Shown in pieces: positions 53,801 through 64,000 of a stretch of DNA of 64,000 nucleotides (position 1 is its first letter; each line of letters opens with the position of its first letter). The DNA comes from Octopus sinensis (lineage: Eukaryota): NCBI RefSeq assembly GCF_006345805.1, contig NC_043003.1:86118001-86182000 (forward strand), in the 5' to 3' direction. The translations under genes and the position numbers were made by a program. Under the pieces are notes generated by a model. It was not told the origin of the DNA. It did no database searches and was given only the letters and a program-made list of their open reading frames with translations.

Positions 53801-54043
53801 ATGTATGCGATTTAGACCTTTTTTTTCAGAAGTATTATATTTATATTGCAAGTAAAGACATTGTTTATTTTTAATATGCATTTAATTCAGAAACTTGAAT
53901 TTATATCCTAATATTCTTTATCTGACAGCATCCTGTTATTTAATATTAATAAATCAAGATGTGTTGGTCTGTGGAATGATAAATCTAAAACTAAGAACTT
54001 ATAAAGCAAGTTCACAATTTTATGATATTCTACACGTAAGAAT
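53801..54043. repeat. 243-bp segment duplicated at 56752-56994
   Basis: About 97% identical by eye, direct orientation. Confidence 0.9.
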
Positions 54044-54453
54044 TATAGGACAATGGCATCTAAACTGCATTTTAACATGAAAATCAAAAGGAGAAATATG
54101 TCTGAAATTTACAAATGTAATAAAATAGACAAATTATATAAGAACTAATTAGTTCACATTAAACAATATTTCATCTTAGTTGAATTACAATTATATTCAC
54201 TATAAATCACACCTTTGTAACTGAAGAGTATATTTGACAGAATTCACTTCACAGTATATCGGTTAATTATTTTTTATCGATCCCAGAAGAATCAAAAGCG
54301 AAACCAAAGCTGGTAGAATCTGAAATAAGAAAATCCTTGTTACACGGTGGAGCATATCTATATATACTCTCTTATTTTTTTTTTGTACTCAATATCACTA
54401 GAATATACTTAGACTTTTTACGTTCTGAGTTAAAATACTACCGAGATCGACAG

Positions 54454-54495
<42 letters not shown>

Positions 54496-54527
54496 CGTGT
54501 GAGTGCGTATGTATGTATATATACATA

Positions 54528-55372
54528 CGTGGTCTGATCAATAAGTATCCGGACTGTTACAGTTCTAAAACACGCAGAATGAAGCCACTTGGCACAGATT
54601 GACCTTGCACTTTGTTGTGCATGCGCTGTAAGGCTTAACGTTCTGGCTCACTTCCGCTGTTTACAGCAGTGCGTGGAAGGAAAGGAAGGTGTGTAGCGTG
54701 TGATCGTTGCATTGAACATGACAGAGTGTTGAGCAGAGAATCTGCATCAAATTTTGCCAAAAGCTTGGTGATACCTACTCAGCGGCCTACGCAAAGTTTT
54801 CAAAACATTTTCATCGTTCTCGACACAATCAAGGAGATCTAATGCAACTGAAACCCGAATCTCTTCTTGGTCAATTGAATTCAGTTTGGGCACAAAGTTG
54901 GCAGTCACGCATCTCATACCCAAATCTTCAGTGATAATGGACTGAGGTGAACTTTAACTAATCTGCACATTCTCTGATAACTCATGGATGGTGATTCGAC
55001 GATTTACCCTCACAGCTGCACGCACATCTGCGATGCTTTTCACATACCTGCTAGTTGCGGCCTCAATTTTTTGGCCATCTTAGAAACATCTGAACTACTC
55101 GTACACTTATGTGTGGCTCATACACTCCTCTACATACACGTTCTGCAACTTTGCGTAGGCCTCTCAGCAGGTATCAATGCAACGATCATTCGCAACACAC
55201 CTTCCTTCCAAGCACTGCTGTAAACAGCGAAAAGGAGGTAAGACGTAGAACGTGAAACTTTAGAGCGCATGCGCAGCAGAATTCAAGGTCAATCTGTGCC
55301 AAACGACTTTACTCTGCGTGCTTTACCTTTGTTACTATGGTAAGAGTCCGGATACTTATTGATTGGACCTCG
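54528..55372. mobile_element. Fold-back mariner derivative made of two 5' ends facing inward
   Basis: TA-flanked inverted termini (tcaataagtatccggact). Left arm encodes EQRICIKFCQKLG on +, right arm encodes AYAKLQ...NRRITIHELS...EDLGMRCVTANFVPK on -. Confidence 0.75.
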
Positions 55373-55398
55373 TACTCAGACATATACATACACACACG

Positions 55399-55452
<54 letters not shown>

Positions 55453-55589
55453 CATACATACATACATACATAATACATACATACATACATACATACATAC
55501 ATACATACATACATACATACATACATACATTGTGTATATATGTATGAATATTTACTGACTAGCACCCTTGAAACTTTTGCAGCGAAATC

Positions 55590-55634
55590 GTGTGAGTAAA
55601 CAAGTCGCAGCTGATGCGACAAAAATTTTGACAC
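55590..55634 (+). ncRNA. Decayed second copy of the G3:C8 hammerhead-shaped motif
   Basis: gtgtga-GTAAACAA-GTCGC-agctgat-GCGAC-aaaa-atttt-gacac. Confidence 0.35.
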
Positions 55635-56618
55635 AAACGTTTAAGTGAAGTAGTTTGTGTATGTCTTCGAAAGGCTAAGCATTTTGCCTGGGGTGCTAAC
55701 GGTTCTACCAGATAACTGGTAGCCGTAATTGAGGACGTTTGTTCTAGATTTTGCATACAGATTTTCAGCACGAAAGCGTTTGGTTTCGATGTGAACTTTT
55801 TCCCTATACAACCATATTCAGTAGGGAAATAAGTGATGTAAAATGAGTAGATTTAATTATTTAATTAAGAATCGAAAGTAAACAGTGGAAAACATAAGGC
55901 GAATCTAACCACTTATTTAGACGAATGTTCTGCAAGTATATTGTATTCTGGCATAAGTACCCAAACTTTCACCACTTATAGAAAAAATTATTGAGGGTTA
56001 GCAAACAACACATTCATGCTTTTCCACCTGAATCAAACAATTAATATAAAATAAAATATGGAAAAAAGGCATCGGAGGGGCGATGCACACTCTGCGTCTG
56101 CATCTGTAGGTGAATTGTTTCGCAAATTATAATATGGCTTACCCATGCATTTTAATTGAACTCTGTGTTATATTAAAGAGAATTAGAAGACTAAAAGGAT
56201 GACAGCAAAAAGTAAACATGATAAAATATTCAACGACTTCCAAAGATGGCAGGCGAATCAAACGCACTGTAGCTCGTTATTGGCTATAAATAATATAACC
56301 ACAAGCTTATCAAGTTCTGTTTAAATTTTTTTAAAGTATCACCATTACTGGTATTTATACTCCGGTGAAATTTAAAAACCAGCTCTAAAATAAACGAAAT
56401 CCTCGAATCCACCACTGTACACACACATACACAGTCGGATATCTGTGCATGTATGTATGTATGTATGTATGTATGTATGTATGTATGTATGTATGTATGT
56501 ATGTATGTATGTATTTATGTATGTATGTATGTATGTATGTATGAGCGTATGCATGTATGTACCTACAGCTGTCTAGGTGATTAGGTACACCATGATCTAT
56601 ACACACGCAGACTTGGGT

Positions 56619-56670
<52 letters not shown>

Positions 56671-56751
56671 GATTTATATATATATACGATTTATATATAT
56701 ATACGATATATATATATATATACGATATATATACGATATATATATATATAT

Positions 56752-56994
56752 ATGTATGCGATTTAGACCTTTTTTTTCAGAAGTATCATATTTATATTGC
56801 AAGTAAAGACATTGTTTATTTCTAATATGCATTTAATTCAGAAACTTGAATTTATATCCTAACATTCTTTATCTGATAGCATCCTGTTATTTAATATTAA
56901 TAAATCAAGATGTGTTGGTCTGTGGAATGATAAATCTAAAACTAAGAACTTATAAAGCAAGTTCACAATTTTATGATATTCTATACTTAAGAAT
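56752..56994. repeat. Duplicate of 53801-54043 starting at the edge of a (TA)n array
   Basis: Direct comparison. Confidence 0.9.
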
Positions 56995-57084
56995 GATACG
57001 ACAATTTTAAAATGAGAATCAAAACGGTAAGATAACAGAAGAAAGAAAGAGACCTCAATATTATGTAAATAGAGGAAATTTATC

Positions 57085-57279
57085 TGTAAAATAATATGTG
57101 ACAATTATTCGGTAGCCAAGATAAAACTCTGAGTTTCGGATGCCGAGGTGGAAACCCACAACACCATCTCTTCGGTTATCTGGAGATGGCCAGATAACCG
57201 AAGAGATGGTGTTGTAGATTTCTACCTCGGCATCCGAAACTCAGAGTTTTATCTTGGCTACCGAATAATTGTCGCATAT

Positions 57280-57288
<9 letters not shown>
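57085..57288. mobile_element. Palindromic hairpin element (MITE-like)
   Basis: 99-bp arms (57085-57183 and 57190-57288) with 4 mismatches and a 6-nt loop AGATGG. Possible TA TSD. Confidence 0.8.
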
Positions 57289-57368
<80 letters not shown>

Positions 57369-57690
57369 CGTATATACACGCAGGTATGAGTTAGAGCATA
57401 CACCTCATCACAGACTTAACGAACTGTGAACCCCAATATAATGTAAGACACTCAGATCTTTGATCGCTTTTCCGATGTAACCACTGATTTTCACTCTTCT
57501 CTCTACCTCTGACCTCTTCGGTCTGACAATGTCTACCATTAGCAACGAGGCAAAAATATAACATATATTTTCCTCACCGTGGTAAACAGAAACGATCGTA
57601 AACAACTTCACTCTCCCTCTCACCTTTATTAATAGTTAAATAATGGCTCACTAGCGCGACAAACACTTGTTTGTCCTCCATTTTCTTCTC

Positions 57691-57773
<83 letters not shown>

Positions 57774-57779
<6 letters not shown>

Positions 57780-58226
57780 CAGCTGGAGGAGTGTGTCCTC
57801 CTGGGGCTAAAAACTACAGTAGCATCCACCCTTAGGGGTTAGCCATATTGAAATGGCAAAAATACGTCACGATGTGTTACCGCTACTGTATATAACTTAC
57901 TTTGATATTTATCATTGTTTGATTTCACTTTTTCAATATCAGCGACAGTCCACGCTGGAAAAAGTATAAGTATTTGTGAAGGAAATCTAATTCTCGGCGA
58001 CAACTATGATTGTCACACGCTGACGAGAGGTCAATACCTCGAAACTCGAGTCCGTGTGTATCATAAGTTGAAGACGGGAAGGATGACTTCCCTTTGCAAA
58101 TACTGACAGGACACAGATAGTGTGTCTATGGCCAGCTGGAGGAGTGTGTCCTCCTGGGGCTAAAAACTACAGTAGCATCCACCCTTAGGGGTTAGCCATA
58201 TTGAAATGGCAAAAATACGTCACGAT
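57774..58226 (+). mobile_element. Retrozyme-like element: 353-bp monomer with 100-bp terminal redundancy and a canonical hammerhead, inserted in (TA)n
   Basis: 57774-57873 is identical to 58127-58226. HHR at 58014-58058 and at least five further hairpins. (TA)n on both sides. Confidence 0.8.
58014..58058 (+). ncRNA. Canonical type I hammerhead ribozyme
   Basis: CACACG-CTGACGA-GAGG-tcaata-CCTC-GAAA-CTCGAG-TC^-CGTGTG. All core nucleotides intact. Stem I extends through CAACTATGAT (58001-10) and ATCATAAGTTG (58060-70) across an internal loop. Confidence 0.93.
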
Positions 58227-58235
58227 ATATATATC

Positions 58236-58273
<38 letters not shown>

Positions 58274-58901
58274 AAATGCAGATATAATTTCCGGAGACAT
58301 GAGGAAAGCTGTTGATCACACAGCTGTTCATTTCACAACCGTTGTGAAATGAACCGTTGTGTGATCAATCTGCATTGTTATGGATGGATTCACCTTCTCT
58401 GGGAAGTTAACAGTCTTTTTAAAAGCTTTTTATAAAACTGTGCATCATTGGAAAGCAATTTGAGTCTGCTTATAATTTGACTTTAAATTTCATAGAACTC
58501 ACTCCTAATACTTCATGAGGATAGACACACTCTCTAGGATGTCTGGAAAACATATATATGAGATTTAGCTGATGAATACTGGACATTTGTATTTGCTGCA
58601 ATACTTGCAGCTTTAAATAAAATTGTTCTTGGTATGAAACAATTGTACTAAACTACTAATCCATTCTTGCTGCTTTTTTCTTGGTTATAATCACCCCACA
58701 TTATTTTATGGTTAATACCAAAAACAATTCTGGTGCATCTAAGTTAAGTACCATATTCATCTGAATTCATTGGAATTCACTTGAATCTTAATTGTTTTTT
58801 GCTGAAAGTATATATATATATATATATATATATATAACATTTAAGATCTATGTGATCTTCTTCTAGCATATGGTTATCCACCTAGTGGTTTTTAGCCCTA
58901 A

Positions 58902-58978
<77 letters not shown>

Positions 58979-59229
58979 GTATGTATGTGTGTGTGTATGG
59001 ATATATATATATATATATATTGTGTACTGTTCCGTGATGGTAAAGTCAACAAAAGGAATTCTATCTGGTGAGAGATAAATAGTATTTGATAGACATGTTT
59101 TCATGGGCTAGTAATAGATTTTTTATATCTGAGAACATACCAAAACGATGCATACAAAACGATGCATACATAAATTCTTTCGCAAAACTCTGCACAGTCA
59201 AAAATCTGCACAGTCAGAATATTTTGATT

Positions 59230-59426
59230 CACCCGTCCGCCAGTTTTGAAGATAATCAAACCAAAATTTAATAAGTTCGAGCCATTTATCTAATAAATAT
59301 TACTGCCAAATTCGGTGAAAAATCCATCCAGGCGTTTTCCAATAATTTTGCAAGCATTAAGACAAACAGACAGACAATGACGAACGACTATAATACCCTG
59401 CATTCGCTCACGCATGCAGGGTAATA
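59230..59426. mobile_element. Helitron/Helentron-type non-autonomous element end
   Basis: 10-bp stem TACCCTGCAT/ATGCAGGGTA (59394-59423) next to an A-run, preceded by a (CAGA)n patch. Confidence 0.45.
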
Positions 59427-61364
59427 AAAATAAAATACAGTGAACTAAAGGTTAACGGATTCGATAGGGAGTCGGAACTTAGTCAAGATTAAGAGATTAC
59501 GTCTTCAGCGAAATGTAAATAATCGCTCAGACGCAAAACCAGTTTAGCAACAAGGTAGATCAATTTGAAGTGGTCAGTTTAGTTGAATACATCGAAACAA
59601 GTACTTGACTGGTACTTTATTTTTCGACCCCCCACCGGAGGGATGAAAATCAGTTAACCTCAGTGGGACTTGAACTAAAAATGTAAGCTACTAGAATAGA
59701 TAGTGGGTATTCAAGCCTTCATCAAGTTTGTTGATAGTAAAGCTAGTAAGGCTAAATGCATACAACCCAAAATTGAAATCAGATAACAAAGCCTTATACC
59801 GCTAGAAATTCCCCTCGTAATCAGGTCTTATTGCTGCTGTAAACTTGTAGCAGTCTCAGAAGGTTTACGACGCTAGTTGGAAGAAAACTTTCCTAAAGGG
59901 TAAACCATTAGAAACATCTGTTAAGGACCATGATAGGTTGACTTATGTGATGTTGCATATAAACTGACACTGGAAATATATGTAATGCAAGAAATGCATG
60001 TTATTTCATATAATATTACATTTTTGTTAAATTCTATATATTTCGATTTCGGAATAGATTAACTTGTAAGAATTGGAATTTTATATTATGGGGCAATCAG
60101 GTTTACTATTTATATCGTTCATAACATCATTAACGGGTACAGTGACTTTCGGTTTTCCTCTAGAAATCTAATCTTAACCATGTATTCGTCCATGGAAACA
60201 TGATATAATGAAAATCATTCAAACTGGTATTAATGTTATTAACACGAGGAAAATATAAAACGAAAGGAGGACGATCGAAACGTTATCAAATTATATATAT
60301 TAAACTATTTGATCTTGTCGACAATGCCAAAAAGACTAAAGGAATTAAGGAAAAAGAGAGCAGATAAATAAATTAGTAAATAAAGGATAGAGACAGAGAC
60401 AGAGACAGTGGAGAGAGAGAAAACAGATTGAGAGATATTCAGTAGTATTCTTAAATTGCCGTCCATTATATCGTCGTGGTTATCAGTGATTCGATTAATT
60501 TTTACTTGTTATCTATAACTAGCCTAAAGACTCCAGTTACATTTTGGAGACATTGATCATTAGGAAAATACCGAAAGTTTATAATATGCAGGAAGTAATA
60601 CATGAAGAATAAAAGGTTAATTGGCAGTTATTTCAAAGTAGATAATCACAAATAGGCAAATCTTAATTGCTATCCTAAAAGTAAATCTGTCCATATAAAA
60701 GCAGTCACGTAGTTCATAATCCTTTCCCACTGCGCAGCATATTGAGCGTCTTGGATTAACAGATTGCCCAATAACTCGTGAGTAGAATTTGTTTAACAGC
60801 AACTGTGTAGAAGCCTTTCGCAAGAGCTGCAAACGGCCCCTGGTTCAAATTTGGTTGTAGAGTGTATTCATCTAAAAAGTGGCACGATTCTTTCACCACT
60901 CCTTCACATATATATCCACTAATTTTTCCGCGTCTGCAGACGTGATGATTTGATTAGCTATAAGTCTGTTTAACTATCTCCTCTTCCATTTGAGAAATCC
61001 ATATTTCTTATATCTTCTGAAATGAATTTTGCCTTTAATATAATAGTATATACAGATATATTTACCTTTATATATATCCACCTAATTTCGTCGACGAAAG
61101 GTCGGATTTCACCTGAAGAAATGACGAAATGGCGCAGTTGCGCATTAACGTGAAATTATGTTATACTGCGCAATTATTATGCGTTGTTAAATAAATGACA
61201 ACGCTATTGAAACGCGTGTAATGATGTTTTGATCTTTCTATACTTTTTTCTTTACCATACACACACACACTCACATATATTCATGTATGTATGTATGTAT
61301 GTATGTATGTAGTATGTATGTAAGTATGTACGTATATATGTAATGTATGTATACATGTATATAT

Positions 61365-61424
<60 letters not shown>

Positions 61425-61639
61425 GTATGTATGCATGATTGTATTTGTGGTGTTTTACTAGATTAAATCTTTTGTGTCTAGTAATTCTGCCGTACAGTGT
61501 TTGCTTTTGCCGTGCATGTGTGATTCCGTGTTCCAGTCGTCGAAATTTTGGTTTATCTTTATACAGTGGCTTTTTATGATAATCAATAATGAAGTGGAAG
61601 CTCCCATTAAGGAAGATAATTGTATATGCAATCATTCAA

Positions 61640-63060
61640 AATATTGTTCCAGAATTTAAGGACTGGTTTCACCAAGATAGAAAAAAAACAATAAAGATGC
61701 TGGCTACTGTAAATGTTATAATGTTATTTTGATAAATGCCAAATAAAAAAAGTCCATCCTACTGAAATACAAAATTTCTGTCAAACATGAGAAATGCTTT
61801 GATGTGCTTAAAGTTAGTGTTAATATTTCTCAATTCAGTGAAAAAGAAATCAGTAGAGAGTGAAAAAACAACCAAATGTGAATTGATTTTTGATGGCTAT
61901 TGAGTATAACATTTTCTGTGAAAACATTGATAATCTTATGCCGGTAAGGGAATATTTCTGGGATGAAACACCACTGAAATGCTATCAAGAAAAATGTATG
62001 CATTTTATTCACCTGGGAATAGCCTTTCATGGAAAAACTGATAAAGATTATCTGCAAAACATGTTTTCTTTAATCATTGATGAATGTACAGAAATTTCAG
62101 TTAACCAAATTCTAGCTACGAATGTAACTTAACTTCGGTTTCAATAAGCATGTTATTGTAGATACTATGTTAGATACTCTAGCTGTCGTCAAAGGAACGG
62201 GTCTTGTTATTTACCTATACTGTCAATTCTACTTGCCATGAAAACAAATATTCGTCTATAAAATATTGAATTTACAAGTAAGAATTTTTAACTCCACGAT
62301 GGGCACCGAAACTGTGTTCCGGTAATTACAGAACGATAATATGCATTTGTCCTTACTTAGCTCTGTGTACTAGCCAAGCTGTCCATGGTGAATTGCCCAG
62401 GCATTTAGAAATCTTTGAAAAATACTAAACTTATTATTTTTCTCACAGCGACTGAAGAAGAAATAGTAGTTATAGGTAGAATTTAAAATATAGTTAGAAG
62501 AATTTAAAACATAAAAAATAAATAGTCCTGGTCCAAACATGCCTAGAAGAGTAAAACTCCAAGCCTTGAATTGCAGGAGGTTGGTACACAGTGGATGTAC
62601 GCTTCAACAAAATAATTCATTGGATTAACACAATTTCTGCTTCACTAGAGGATATCCTGTCCCTACTAATGAGGAAATGCAACCTACAGGAGGAGCTTAC
62701 GACACCTGTCAGTATGAAGCTATTGAAAAGAAGCAAAAAGCAAAAGAAAAGAAATTTGATGTTTACCTTATTTATTTCCGAAGTGAATCCACCGATGATG
62801 AATTTAGGGAATGTTGAATTGTAGTTTGAGCATGTCAGTTTACATAATCTGCATTTAATATCCTTAGAATATAAACAACAGGTTGACGACTTAAAGGCGA
62901 ATGTTTGAAAATCTTGGTAAACGATATCGACCCAAGTGAATTATTGAAGAATCTTAAATTCCCCAAAATTGATCCACGTATTGGAAGTAATTACAAAAAT
63001 ATTAAAGCTGTTTACTTTGTAGAAAAGGCAAGACCATATTTAATTACTAAACATTTAATG
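61640..63060 (+). mobile_element. Degenerate hAT transposase
   Basis: EFKDWF...AGYCKC (zinc-finger-like), EYNI..ENIDNL, FSLIIDECTEIS (first catalytic Asp region). Many stops. Confidence 0.6.
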
Positions 63061-64000
63061 GAAATTTAAAACTGTTTGAAATTCCTTAATGTTTACTTTC
63101 ATTGAAGATGGGATTTTTAAAAATTTAATTTATTAAACTGAAAATAACATAGGATTCTACGCATCTCATTCTTCCAGCTGTTCACTTGCATTAGACCTAC
63201 ACCTATTATTCTACTAGCTGTTCATTTTCCATTCATTGTCAGAAAGCTGTCTAAACGTTCAATAGACAAGTTATTGTTTAACAGCAGATAATTTCCTTAT
63301 CTCTACTGAATTTCCTTATCTCTATTCCTGAATACAAATTAAAAGACAAATTCTGAATTCAAAATATTTTGTTATTCAGTTATTAGTCCGATTTAATAAT
63401 CTTGCCATATTTGTCAATGTACGTTGAAAGGATAAGCTCTGTAATAAACTGTGCCAAAATGAGAAATAATTATTTGTCAAAAGCAGAGCATATGAAAGAG
63501 ATTAATTGCAAAGCAATTTATTACTAGAAATATTGTGGGAAACACTACGTAGAAGACCAAGAAATAATTAGTGAAGGTGATTAAGAAAGGCTGTGTAAGC
63601 AAAATGTACTACGGAAAGAATAAAAGGAGTAGACAGAAAATAACGAATTGCTTACTGCTTTAAATGGAACTGACGAAGAAAAAGTGAAGAAGAAGGAGGA
63701 GGAGCCATTATTATGTTCTACATATAAAGTAAATAAAATATCGTTGTGTTTCTATTTTAACACAATATTGGTTTCTCTTTCGTGTCTAGTAGATCTGAGA
63801 GTTTTATGAAAATCTCACTGGCGGCTCTGATATAGATTTCCCACTATACGTACATCAGCTGAAATAGCTTGGATATCTTGTTCGCATGTCCGATTTTCAT
63901 TATCTCCATAGGTTCCTCTACGACTAAGTACACCATGAACAAAGTTTGGATAGTATAACAAAGAAGCAATTCAAGGATCACTCGGAGGTGATTTCAATGA

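Noticed and set aside
58380-58800. Possible additional RLE/LINE remnant
   Set aside because: Similarity too weak to support by eye.
61113-61129. CTGAAGA...GAAA motif near short palindromes
   Set aside because: No stem II pairing.

Overview
AT-rich, repeat-dense metazoan genomic DNA, most likely Octopus or another coleoid cephalopod. This is inferred from the SINE families and microsatellite load, recognised from memory and not checked by search. Almost all six-frame ORFs are microsatellite artefacts or transposon debris. The only host-gene signal is a pair of near-identical, tandemly duplicated 144-bp leucine-rich-repeat exons on the minus strand (41302-41445 and 43939-44082). Mobile elements include a near-complete Penelope-like retroelement (RT plus GIY-YIG, Naiad-like, with an inverted pseudo-LTR), a second Neptune-like PLE fragment, an RLE-type non-LTR fragment, an internally deleted L1/Tx1, RTE remnants, mariner/maT/Tc1, hAT, Helitrons and several SINEs. 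The main hidden signal is a concentration of hammerhead ribozyme (HHR) motifs from at least four unrelated families: (1) a canonical type I HHR in a 353-bp, terminally redundant, hairpin-rich retrozyme-like unit inserted in (TA)n at 57774-58226; (2) a 358-bp tandem family whose HHRs covary and carry an extra core nucleotide; (3) PLE pLTR HHRs with an ~80-nt insert in stem II; (4) an HHR-shaped motif with a swapped G3:C8 core pair. All structures were read by eye and no folding or database searches were run.
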